NCBI GenBank assembly: GCA_001701105.1
Contig: DAAI01000009.1
Span: 41,100 to 105,099 of the forward strand
Source: Bacteroidales bacterium GP1
GTDB taxonomy: Bacteria > Bacteroidota > Bacteroidia > Bacteroidales > Muribaculaceae
DNA length: 64,000 nucleotides
Direction of reading: 5' to 3'
The notes under the pieces were generated by a model. That model searched no databases. It was not told the DNA's origin and saw only the letters and a program-made list of their open reading frames with translations. Both the position numbers and the translations under genes were made by a program. This document shows positions 19,924-29,284 of this stretch, in pieces (within the stretch, counting starts at the first letter, position 1; each line of letters opens with the position of its first letter).

Positions 19924-20907
19924 ATGGAACTTCAGAAACCCACAAAGCGTTATCTATTTCCCGAGGATTACATGGCTGATCCAAGTGTCCATGTATTCAA
20001 TGGAAAGATCTATATCTATCCCTCGCACGATTGGGAATGCGACAACAATGAGAACGATAACGGCGATGCTTATCAGATGAAAGATATGCACGTCCTTTCT
20101 ATCGATGGCGACCCTATGACCGGTAAAGTCACTGATCACGGCAAAGCCCTTGATGTAGCCGACATACCATGGGCCGGGCGACAGCTCTGGGACTGTGACT
20201 GTGCTGAAAAAGACGGTAAATATTATCTATATTTCCCGCTGAAGGACCGCAATGATATTTTTCGCATCGGAGTTGCCATAGCCGATAAGCCCGAAGGGCC
20301 ATTTATTCCACAGCCTGATCCTATCCGAGGAAGTTATTCAATGGATATATGCGTGCTGAAGGAGCCGGATGGTTATTACCTTTATTTCGGAGGTCTTTGG
20401 GGAGGGCAGTTGCAGCGATACCGTGACAATAAGGCTCTTGAATATGCCGAGCTTCCCGAAGGCGCCGAGCCCTCACTCCCGAGCCGATGCGTGAAACTGA
20501 CTGAAGATATGCTTCAGTTTGCAGAAGAACCACGCCCGATTCAAGTGGTGGATGAAAACGGCAATCCTCTTCGCGCTGACGATCCTCACCGTTTCTTTGA
20601 AGCCTCCTGGATGCACAAATACAATGGGAAATATTACTTCTCATATTCCACAGGCGATAGTCATCTCCTTTGTTATGCAATCGGAGATAATCCTTACGGA
20701 CCCTTCGTATATCAAGGAGAAATCCTTACCCCGGTGGAAGGATGGACCACTCACCATTGCATCGTAGAATATGACGGGAAATGGTACCTCTTCCACCACG
20801 ACAGCGCACCATCAGGGGGAAAATCATGGCTTCGCAGCTTAAAAGTATGCGAACTTAAATATGACGGTGAAGGACATATCCTGCCTATTGATGGAATGAG
20901 CAAATAA
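19924..20907 (+). CDS. GH43_1 beta-xylosidase/arabinosidase (no signal peptide)
   Basis: YMADPSVHVF, YPSHD, YFGGLWGGQLQ, FFEASWMH, GWTTHH motifs. Confidence 0.93.
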   Translation: MELQKPTKRYLFPEDYMADPSVHVFNGKIYIYPSHDWECDNNENDNGDAYQMKDMHVLSIDGDPMTGKVTDHGKALDVADIPWAGRQLWDCDCAEKDGKYYLYFPLKDRNDIFRIGVAIADKPEGPFIPQPDPIRGSYSMDICVLKEPDGYYLYFGGLWGGQLQRYRDNKALEYAELPEGAEPSLPSRCVKLTEDMLQFAEEPRPIQVVDENGNPLRADDPHRFFEASWMHKYNGKYYFSYSTGDSHLLCYAIGDNPYGPFVYQGEILTPVEGWTTHHCIVEYDGKWYLFHHDSAPSGGKSWLRSLKVCELKYDGEGHILPIDGMSK

Positions 20908-20950
20908 TTATTCCTTTAACCTGAAATCAACCTGATTACCTAAACTATTT

Positions 20951-20981
20951 GGGGATGCGGACATTACAAATCCACATCCCC
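20951..20981. terminator. Terminator between convergent GH43_1 and GH95
   Basis: GGGGATGcGGA-cattacaaa-TCCaCATCCCC flanked by A/T-rich tracts. Confidence 0.65.
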
Positions 20982-21041
20982 TTATTATTAATAACAGGTT
21001 AAAGTCGTAATTCAGCTGAATGAATCCATTGACAGCGTGAT

Positions 21042-23462
21042 TCAATATCGAGTTATATAGATGTCCTGACCTGGAGAGGTCATCACATCATATTCATATA
21101 TTCGTTTTAATTCAGGATACTCCGGTTTGATTTCGGGGGATGTGAGCGGCTGTTTGATTTCTGAAACCTGATAAAGAGGATTTGTGTTTTCCCCTGTTGC
21201 CTCACTCAATCCTTCACCTGAAAGTGGTATATAGCTACGGATACGCAGGAGGCCGCCTAACGTCGAATGAATGGTGGCATCCTGCAGCTGACCGTTATTC
21301 CATTGAATATCCACTTCAAAGCCACCGCGAGCTCGAAGTCCTATAACCTTCCCGGCGATCCATGCATCGGGAAGAGCAGGAAGCAGATGTAATGCTCCAT
21401 CGTGACTCTGCATAAGCATTTCGGCCACTCCGGCTGTGTAGCCAAAATTGCCGTCGATCTGGAATGGAGGGTGCATATCGAACATATTGGGATATAACCG
21501 ATCCTTACATAGATTCTTCACAATCGTATACGCATGATTGCCGTCAAGTTGCCGAGCCCATAGATTAACCTTCCATCCAATCGACCATCCGGTGGCCTCG
21601 TCACCACGTTGAATGAGAGTGTTCCTCATACTTTGGAATAACCGAGGATGGCGATATGGCGAAATCTGAGTACCCGGATATAGACCATATGCATGTGAGA
21701 TATGCCGGTGCTTATCATCGGGATTATCATAATCCTCAAGCCATTCCTGAAGCTGATTATATCGTCCTATCTGCATGGGAGGAAGCTGCTTGAGGCATGA
21801 AGCCACCGAATCGGCAAATTCTTTATCGACTCCTAAAATCCCGGCCGCTTTTGTTGTGCTGTCAAAAATATCAAATGCAATCTGATTATCCATCGTTGGC
21901 CCCGCCACCAATGAAGATTTAGATATGTCTTCTCCATATATCGGACCATGCTCGGGAGAATTTGAGGGTACTGTCACAAGCCATCCGTAGCGCGGATGTT
22001 CTACCATATAATCCATCAGGAATTGGCTCGCGCCTTTCATCACAGGATAAGCGCGTACCAGAAATTCCTTATCTCCTGTATATAAATAGTGTTGCCACAG
22101 ATGAGTTGCAAGCCATGCACCTCCGGTTGGGAGCATTCCCCAGAAGGCTCCGTCCACAAGGCCGGTTGAGCGCCATATGTCGGTATTATGATGTAACACC
22201 CATCCTCGGCAGCCGTACATATCTTTTGCCGTATGATGTCCGGAGTCCGAAAGCTCTTCAAGCATCTTCCATAATGGCTCATTACATTCTGAAAGGTTTG
22301 TCACATCTGCCGGCCAATAATTCATCTCCAGATTTATATTGGTAGTGTACTTTCCATCCCAAGGGGCAAGAGGTTCTCGATTCCATATGCCTTGAAGATT
22401 CGCCGGTTGTCCACCCGGTTGAGAACTGCAAATCAGCAGGTATCGGCCGTATTGGAACAAAAGAGCCTCCAGAGCGGTATCCTCCCCTCCGGCATATTCC
22501 AGGATTCTGCGGTCGGTCGGAAGATTTTCTTTATCGGAGGAAGTGCCGAGGGAGAGGCTGACTCTATCGAATTGTTGCGCGTATTTAGCCTTATGCGCGG
22601 CTATCAAGGCATCCGGATGCTTCAATTTTGCCTTCTTCATAGCCAACCTTGCTTTTCCCAAAGCATCTCCATTCACAGTCGTATAATCAACAAAATTTGT
22701 GGCGGATGTTATGTAAATTATTACTTCATCAGCACCATTTACAACGATTGAATCTCCGGCACCCTTGACTGTCCCTCCTTTTGTCACAAAATCAATGAGC
22801 GTTACATCCTTTATTTTCCCTTCAACACCTTCATGATCGCTGCCGGCTACATTGATTTGCATCCGTGACCCTTTGGCCGTGACCGAATTTTTTAATGGAG
22901 AGGCAAAAGTGGCTGTAAAGCTCTGGGCATCCTTCTTATCCGCAGAGAGACGTATAATCATTACGTCTTCATCCATTGAGGCTACATATTCTCGCTTGTA
23001 TTTTACACCATTGCTTGTATAGGTCACTCCGGCTTCCGCACTGGAGATATCGAGATTCCTTCTATAATCATTTACCTTTTCATGCCCGAAATTCAGATAA
23101 AGGCTTCCTATTGTCTGATATGGCATCCCGTTTCTGGGAGTCATGAAAACTTCATTTACAATCCTCATGGCTTCTTGGGAATCGCCGGAGAAAATCAGAT
23201 CCCTTACTCTCTGCAATTCGGCTTTTGCCGCCGGTGCATCATTGCGGTGTGGTCCTCCTCCCCAAAGAGTCTCATCATTAAGCTGAATTTCATCTTTCTG
23301 GATTCCTCCAAAAATCATTCCGCCTAAATGAGAGTTCCCGATCGGTAATGCCTCATTCCAGTTATTAGCCGGTTGATTATACCATAACTGCAAGGGAGTG
23401 CAGTTGGCACTGAAAGCAACCGCAACTATTAACACCCTAAATATGAGTATCTTTTTTTTCAT
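21042..23462 (-). CDS. GH95 alpha-L-fucosidase/alpha-L-galactosidase
   Basis: [67 protein letters not shown]. Confidence 0.95.
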   Translation of the reverse strand: MKKKILIFRVLIVAVAFSANCTPLQLWYNQPANNWNEALPIGNSHLGGMIFGGIQKDEIQLNDETLWGGGPHRNDAPAAKAELQRVRDLIFSGDSQEAMRIVNEVFMTPRNGMPYQTIGSLYLNFGHEKVNDYRRNLDISSAEAGVTYTSNGVKYKREYVASMDEDVMIIRLSADKKDAQSFTATFASPLKNSVTAKGSRMQINVAGSDHEGVEGKIKDVTLIDFVTKGGTVKGAGDSIVVNGADEVIIYITSATNFVDYTTVNGDALGKARLAMKKAKLKHPDALIAAHKAKYAQQFDRVSLSLGTSSDKENLPTDRRILEYAGGEDTALEALLFQYGRYLLICSSQPGGQPANLQGIWNREPLAPWDGKYTTNINLEMNYWPADVTNLSECNEPLWKMLEELSDSGHHTAKDMYGCRGWVLHHNTDIWRSTGLVDGAFWGMLPTGGAWLATHLWQHYLYTGDKEFLVRAYPVMKGASQFLMDYMVEHPRYGWLVTVPSNSPEHGPIYGEDISKSSLVAGPTMDNQIAFDIFDSTTKAAGILGVDKEFADSVASCLKQLPPMQIGRYNQLQEWLEDYDNPDDKHRHISHAYGLYPGTQISPYRHPRLFQSMRNTLIQRGDEATGWSIGWKVNLWARQLDGNHAYTIVKNLCKDRLYPNMFDMHPPFQIDGNFGYTAGVAEMLMQSHDGALHLLPALPDAWIAGKVIGLRARGGFEVDIQWNNGQLQDATIHSTLGGLLRIRSYIPLSGEGLSEATGENTNPLYQVSEIKQPLTSPEIKPEYPELKRIYEYDVMTSPGQDIYITRY

Positions 23463-23473
23463 CTCCGTTTAGC

Positions 23474-25507
23474 TCATCTGGTTATACATTTCCGGGTGTG
23501 AACGGTATTATCTGAATATGTCACCCTCTTAATCGATATCCCTTTCGGTGCTTTCATCAGTCGCCGGCCAGAAAGATCATAATATTCAATTGATACCGGG
23601 AAAATGCTTTCTGCGATCTCATTTATTCCGGAACCGGGCACAGCCGCTTCCATTGCTGCCCGAATTTCATTTGTAGCGGCTGTATAGAGGGTTGGAGATG
23701 TAGATACGAATCCTTCATATTTATCGATTACCCTTTTGAGCTCAACGACTGACGCCTCCGCTCCACGCTCATCCTTGATAGACTCATATAGGGATTTTGC
23801 GGCCGCATGATATCTTAGGAATGTGCCTTTGTATCTTTCCGCGGCCGAGGTAGCTGAACAAAGCATTATATTACCAAATATCACGGCATTCCACCCTTCT
23901 GTCATTGCAAAATTAATCAGATAATCGGCCTCTGTCGTAATTGAAAATTCCAATTCATGGGAGGTTGAGCCGACAATTGGTTTACTGCTGTCCTCATCCT
24001 GATTGCCGGACGAAGGCAGATTGCCGAATCTATGCACAGGATCTCCATTCAGATTATTTACGGCAAATTCAAATTTGGAATTGGCATTCATGGTTCCCGG
24101 ATTCCAAAATATTGAGTTGAATGTGATGGTATATTCCCCCTCTTTCAGATGCAGACGATGATCATCATATTTTCCATAAGTAATGTCACATCGGTCGAAA
24201 TTTCTCGCGCTTAGGTAGAATCCTTCTGAAAAATCACCACCCTGAGGGAAATATTTCATCCGTGCACATCCGGTGTTGGCCTCTCCGGAGCCTTTCTCAT
24301 CTTTATCTCCGTTTGAGGAATGATGAATGCGATACCAGCCGGTTGGGATTCCTTCGCCCACTAACCCCTGCTCCGCTCTCCAATTCGGAGCAAAAATGGT
24401 ATCAATGGCAAGATGCTCGCCTACTTCCTCAACTCCTATGACATAAGTTGCGTTGAATTTCTTCAATATCCCCCCGTTTTCCCCCTTTACGTTACCAATA
24501 TTTAGTTTATATGTGCCTTTGATGAGAGTTTTATCGGAAGGCATTGTCAAGGTCAGACCGCCGTTAGAGGAAAGGGCGACTTCCAGATTACATTCATCTT
24601 TCGAGCTTTTCAATGAAGCTGTAACCCCGGTTGCTTCCACCTTCTCATTAAAATCCACATTAACCGTCAATCCGGATTCAGGAAGATCAAACGAGCCGTC
24701 CTCAGGATCGATTCGTGTTACTTTCGGAGCATCAGGTCCGAGACTCCAACGGTTCATAAAGTTCCATGCTTCGCTTGCCGTGATTGCAAAGTTCGGATCT
24801 TCCGACTGCCAGTGCCCCTTGCCATCGAACGCCATAAGGGCTACTTCTACTCCGTCAAGTCCGTCAAGCCAGCGGGAGAGTTTCGTATTCATATGTCCGT
24901 AAGGATTTGTTACATTAGGCGTCGTGTTACATTTATTCCGGTCAATCCACGCATCCAAAGTGGGTTGAACTCCAGAAAAAACGCATACATCATCTCCTGT
25001 ACCATGAAAGTGCATGATCGGAACAGGACGAGAACTCACTGCTTTCTTCTCTCCCATCGGGTATCCGCTTACTGGACAGAAAGCAGCAATGTGTTCAGGA
25101 ATCATGTTAGCACAATGGTATGTGAACATACCTCCCATGGAGAATCCTGTGAGATAGACCCGATTCCTGTTGATATTGTAGTCCTGCGCCATTTTGTCGA
25201 TTATGGCAAGAACATAGTTAGTGTCACGTGTACCTCCTATATCCCATGCATTATTTATTCCATTTGGAAATACAAGCAGGAAATTGGCAGTATCCGCTAC
25301 GGCTGCCCACTTAGAATTGTTGTTATGCCAGTCGGCACTCTGGTTCATACCATGGCAGGCGATTACGAGAGGGGCATTGTCAGGGAGATTCTGCGGCTTA
25401 TGCAATAAATAAGTACGCGACTGACCGTTTACAGTCATTGTCTCTAATGCCCAAGCCGGAGCGACTGTGAGCAATGTAAGGAGCAGGGTTAATAGCTTTT
25501 GTTTCAT
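23474..25507 (-). CDS. Secreted multidomain CE1-like (LpqC/PHB-depolymerase-type) esterase with Ig-like and beta-sandwich modules and a T9SS C-terminal domain
   Basis: Signal peptide; PLVIACHG, GFSMGG, HGTGD, GHW catalytic motifs; PKVTRIDP..VDFNEKV Ig-like module; C-terminal SGINEI...EYYDLSGRRL...KGISI. Confidence 0.82.
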   Translation of the reverse strand: MKQKLLTLLLTLLTVAPAWALETMTVNGQSRTYLLHKPQNLPDNAPLVIACHGMNQSADWHNNNSKWAAVADTANFLLVFPNGINNAWDIGGTRDTNYVLAIIDKMAQDYNINRNRVYLTGFSMGGMFTYHCANMIPEHIAAFCPVSGYPMGEKKAVSSRPVPIMHFHGTGDDVCVFSGVQPTLDAWIDRNKCNTTPNVTNPYGHMNTKLSRWLDGLDGVEVALMAFDGKGHWQSEDPNFAITASEAWNFMNRWSLGPDAPKVTRIDPEDGSFDLPESGLTVNVDFNEKVEATGVTASLKSSKDECNLEVALSSNGGLTLTMPSDKTLIKGTYKLNIGNVKGENGGILKKFNATYVIGVEEVGEHLAIDTIFAPNWRAEQGLVGEGIPTGWYRIHHSSNGDKDEKGSGEANTGCARMKYFPQGGDFSEGFYLSARNFDRCDITYGKYDDHRLHLKEGEYTITFNSIFWNPGTMNANSKFEFAVNNLNGDPVHRFGNLPSSGNQDEDSSKPIVGSTSHELEFSITTEADYLINFAMTEGWNAVIFGNIMLCSATSAAERYKGTFLRYHAAAKSLYESIKDERGAEASVVELKRVIDKYEGFVSTSPTLYTAATNEIRAAMEAAVPGSGINEIAESIFPVSIEYYDLSGRRLMKAPKGISIKRVTYSDNTVHTRKCITR

Positions 25508-25524
25508 ATCATAATTATTTTTTG

Positions 25525-25631
25525 CAAAATTAATAAATATGCTTATACAACACTATCCGACATCTTTTAATACATTGGCTTTATGTAACCCCATTTTTTC
25601 TCATGTCTCAAATTCTTTCAATTCCGTATCA
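25525..25631 (-). promoter_or_regulatory. Promoter of esterase-GH95 operon with triple direct-repeat candidate HTCS operator
   Basis: -7 element TAATTTTG (minus, 25525-25532); repeat cores at 25585, 25605, 25626; distal 15-mer TTCAATTCCGTATCA at 25617-25631. Confidence 0.7.
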
Positions 25632-25720
25632 CCTATATCGAATACATTCTCCTGTCTAAATGAAATGAATGCACCATAACCTTATCCTGAGTGCTTTGAT
25701 TGATATGAAATGTTATTTTA

Positions 25721-25752
25721 TTTGGAAATATCCTACGGAGTTGCTAATTTTG
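25721..25752 (+). promoter_or_regulatory. Bacteroidetes housekeeping promoter for the DUF1015 operon
   Basis: TTTG (25721-25724), 20-nt spacer, TAATTTTG (25745-25752). Confidence 0.7.
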
Positions 25753-25848
25753 CATTGCGATAAAAGAAAGGAACTCCCTTTTTGATACGCAATTCTATAA
25801 CCCCTCAAAAAATCAGTTAACTCACAATAACTTAAATCTAATAACCAA

Positions 25849-27093
25849 ATGGCAAGAGTTAAACCATTCAAAGGTGTCCGTCCTCCAAAAGAGATGGTGG
25901 AAGAAGTGGCAAGCCGCCCCTACGACGTACTTAACAGCGACGAAGCTCGCGCCGAGGCAGAAGGCAATCCCAAGAGCCTTTATCATATCATCAAACCGGA
26001 AATCGACTTTGAAGTTGGTTTCGATGAACATCATCCCGCCGTATACGACAAAGCTGTCGAAAATTTCAACAAATTCCAAAAGGAAGGCTGGTTGCGCCAG
26101 GATGAGAAGGAGAGTTACTATATTTACGCCCAGACTATGGACGGACGTACTCAATATGGCTTTGTAATAGGAGCATGGGTACCCGATTATATGGAAGGAC
26201 GCATCAAGAAGCATGAGCTTACCCGCCGTGATAAGGAAGAAGACCGCATGAAGCATGTTCGTTGCAACAACGCAAACATCGAACCCGTATTCTTCGCATT
26301 CCCCGACAATGAAGTTCTCGAGGAGATTATCCGCAAGGTAACTAAAGAGACTCCCGAATATGATTTCGTGGCTCCCGACGGTTTCGGCCATACCCTATGG
26401 GTAATAAACGACGATGAAACTATCAAGCGAATCACAGAAGAATTTGAAAAGATTCCGAACCTCTACATCGCCGACGGTCACCATCGTTCAGCCGCCGCCG
26501 CTCTTGTGGGAGCCGAAAAGGCCAACAACAATGAAAATCACCGTGGTGATGAGGAATATAACTACTTCATGGCTGTTGCATTCCCGGCATCGCATCTCAG
26601 GATTATCGACTATAACCGAGTGGTGAAGGATCTCAATGGAATGACTCCGGAGGAATTCCTTGCCAAGTTGGCACAAAACTTTGTTGTAGAGGAGAAGGGT
26701 ACTGAAATATATACCCCTGCCGCTCTCCATAATTTCTCTCTTTACCTTGACGGCAAATGGTACTCCTTGACCGCTAAACCCGGCACATACAATGACAGCG
26801 ACCCGATCGGCGTTCTTGATGTGACCGTTTCCAGCGATCTCATCCTCCACGATTTGCTCGGAATAACCGATCTCCGGAGTGACAAACGCATCGACTTCGT
26901 AGGAGGAATCCGGGGTCTCGGCGAGCTGAAACGCCGTGTTGATTCAGGGGAAATGGCAATGGCTCTTGCATTATACCCCGTGACTATGCAACAGCTCATG
27001 GATATAGCGGATTCCGGGAATATCATGCCTCCCAAGACTACCTGGTTTGAACCTAAACTCCGTTCAGGCCTCGTGATTCACAAGCTCGACTGA
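25849..27093 (+). CDS. DUF1015 family protein
   Basis: VKPFKGVRP, SRPYDV, IKKHELT, YIADGHHRSAAA, MPPKTTWFEPKLRSGL. Confidence 0.93.
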   Translation: MARVKPFKGVRPPKEMVEEVASRPYDVLNSDEARAEAEGNPKSLYHIIKPEIDFEVGFDEHHPAVYDKAVENFNKFQKEGWLRQDEKESYYIYAQTMDGRTQYGFVIGAWVPDYMEGRIKKHELTRRDKEEDRMKHVRCNNANIEPVFFAFPDNEVLEEIIRKVTKETPEYDFVAPDGFGHTLWVINDDETIKRITEEFEKIPNLYIADGHHRSAAAALVGAEKANNNENHRGDEEYNYFMAVAFPASHLRIIDYNRVVKDLNGMTPEEFLAKLAQNFVVEEKGTEIYTPAALHNFSLYLDGKWYSLTAKPGTYNDSDPIGVLDVTVSSDLILHDLLGITDLRSDKRIDFVGGIRGLGELKRRVDSGEMAMALALYPVTMQQLMDIADSGNIMPPKTTWFEPKLRSGLVIHKLD

Positions 27094-27149
27094 TACTTCA
27101 TCCTGCGTGGCGGTTGCCTGCCACGCAGGAACTTAATATTACCCTTGTC

Positions 27150-28298
27150 ATGCGAATAATCCCGTTGTTATCCATAATTCTTATTTTATTAGCATCTTCT
27201 TTTGAGGCATTAGGATGCACGTCTGCTATTATTTCTGCTAAACTGAATCCTACGGGACGCCCCATCCTATGGAAACATAGAGACACAAGCAATACGGATA
27301 ATAAAATAGAATATGTCGCACCGGAAAAGGGAGAATATGGATATGTGGCTCTATTCAATGCTGCCGACAGGAAACTGAAGGAGGCCTGGATGGGGATGAA
27401 TGAGGTTGGTTTCGCAGTTATGAACACAGCTTCCTACAACATTAAGGACGACAAGGTGGCCGAATCGAAAATGGATAAGGAAGGTTTTCTCATGACAAAA
27501 GCATTGAAGACCTGCCGAACAGTTGATGACTTTGCAGAGCTACTTGATAAATATCCACGCCCAATGGGAGTGGAGGCCAATTTTGGCGTAATCGACGCAT
27601 CCGGCGAAGGTGCTTATTTTGAAACAAATAATCATTCATATAAACGATTTAACCTTAAGGACTCAGAAAAAGGGATCCTGGTGAGGACTAACTACAGTCA
27701 TTCAGGAAGGCCAAACGAAGGGTATGGTTTCATCAGGGAAGCCAATGCTGAAAATATGCTACAACCCTATGTGGATGAAGAGGCTGTAACTCCTGAAGTG
27801 CTTACCGAGTATCTCAGCCGCACCTTCTATCATGACGGCACCAAGCACGACTATTCATATGATGGCGATAAAAGTCTTAAAGATGAGGATTTCATTCCCC
27901 GCTTTAAATCCACCGCCACCATCGCCATAGAAGGTTGCCGTCCACTTAAAAATTCTGAAGTCGCCGATTCCTCTTTTGTATCCCAAGAATATATAATGTG
28001 GACAGGTTTGGGATATCCTCCTGTTGCCGAGATAAAGGCCGTAAGATGTCAGCAGGATGGCATTGACGAGGGATTGCAAGGAGATTCCACCACCGGGCAT
28101 TCCCGGCTTGCTGATGAAGCTAAGCGCAAGCGTGATGAAGTGTTTGGAGCAGGAAAACCAGGGAAAATAAAATACATCGACATGACATTACTATATGATC
28201 CAGATGGATCAGGGTATGTTCAGCAACTCCGGTCTAAGAATCACGACACATACGTGCGAGAATCCGCTTTAAGAGATGCGAGATCCCGGAAAAATTAG
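27150..28298 (+). CDS. Exported Ntn-hydrolase (C45/C69-like acyltransferase/peptidase)
   Basis: Signal peptide followed by mature N-terminal CTS; WKHRD, WMGMNEVGF, RTN motifs. Confidence 0.75.
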   Translation: MRIIPLLSIILILLASSFEALGCTSAIISAKLNPTGRPILWKHRDTSNTDNKIEYVAPEKGEYGYVALFNAADRKLKEAWMGMNEVGFAVMNTASYNIKDDKVAESKMDKEGFLMTKALKTCRTVDDFAELLDKYPRPMGVEANFGVIDASGEGAYFETNNHSYKRFNLKDSEKGILVRTNYSHSGRPNEGYGFIREANAENMLQPYVDEEAVTPEVLTEYLSRTFYHDGTKHDYSYDGDKSLKDEDFIPRFKSTATIAIEGCRPLKNSEVADSSFVSQEYIMWTGLGYPPVAEIKAVRCQQDGIDEGLQGDSTTGHSRLADEAKRKRDEVFGAGKPGKIKYIDMTLLYDPDGSGYVQQLRSKNHDTYVRESALRDARSRKN

Positions 28299-28854
28299 CG
28301 AAATCCATCGAATGGACTCCGGCCGATTTGCGTCAGAGCTTTTCATCCGCTTCATGCCGTGGTGGGCATGGATTATAGCAGCCATTGGTGTTGTCGGAAT
28401 CTTTCTCGGCTTAATATTTGATCTGCGGATTGCATTAATGGCCTTGATGGTGGTATTGATAATCATGCCCATGATCATCGGTTTGCTTTATTACGTTCAC
28501 GCATTAAGCAGAGAATGCTTCATCAATCGATTGGCGCATACAGTTGCCGTAAGGGATAATAATCTTATCGTTACGCTCTATATACGTGAGGCAAAAGATA
28601 ATGAAGCAGAGCAGTCGGCTGATAATCCTACCGATAGTAAAAAAGAAAAGGAACCGGGAAAAGACGACTGCAGGACTCGCGAAGAAGTATTCACACCTCG
28701 TGAAATTAAAGGGTGGGAGCTAAAACCGTCGGGCGGGTACATATCTTTGGCAGGAAAGAATAAAGGATTCCTGTATGTACCCTTCGACGCATTCGATGAT
28801 GATGGCGATTTTAAGGAATTAGGAGAATGGGTCGACAGGATTAAAACTTCATGA
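28276..28854 (+). CDS. Membrane protein, two TM helices plus YcxB-like C-terminal domain
   Basis: Hydrophobic hairpin, then C-terminal FLYVPFDAF; tightly packed in operon. Confidence 0.65.
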   Translation: MRDPGKISEIHRMDSGRFASELFIRFMPWWAWIIAAIGVVGIFLGLIFDLRIALMALMVVLIIMPMIIGLLYYVHALSRECFINRLAHTVAVRDNNLIVTLYIREAKDNEAEQSADNPTDSKKEKEPGKDDCRTREEVFTPREIKGWELKPSGGYISLAGKNKGFLYVPFDAFDDDGDFKELGEWVDRIKTS

Positions 28855-28855
28855 T

Positions 28856-29278
28856 ATGAGAATATTAAAAGATAGCCGTAAGAAATATTGTTTCATAATG
28901 GATATGGAGGTCAGGGACTATGAGCTTGATTGCGAACAAATAGTCAATAATGCGAACTACCTTCATTATATGGAGCATACCCGCCATAAATTTTGCAGTG
29001 ATGCCGGACTGTCGTTCATAGCAATGCATAATTCGGGTCTTGATGTTGTTGTGCGCAAAATCGAGGTAGAATATAAATCTTCATTGAAAGGGGGCGACAC
29101 ATTTATAAGCTGCCTGAGACTCGAGCGGCGCGGAGCACGGTTCATATTCCATCAGGATATAATTAAATCAAATGGCGAAGTCTGTGCGGAAGGCATTGTG
29201 ACCGTTGTTGTCCTGAAAGGGGGTAAATTAAGCAGGGGCGACGAATTGATGTCGGTTTTCGGAAAATATATCCGTTAG
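28856..29278 (+). CDS. Acyl-CoA thioesterase (4HBT/YbgC family)
   Basis: VRDYELD..IVNNANYLHYMEHTR hotdog motif. Confidence 0.9.
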   Translation: MRILKDSRKKYCFIMDMEVRDYELDCEQIVNNANYLHYMEHTRHKFCSDAGLSFIAMHNSGLDVVVRKIEVEYKSSLKGGDTFISCLRLERRGARFIFHQDIIKSNGEVCAEGIVTVVVLKGGKLSRGDELMSVFGKYIR

Positions 29279-29284
29279 CATATC

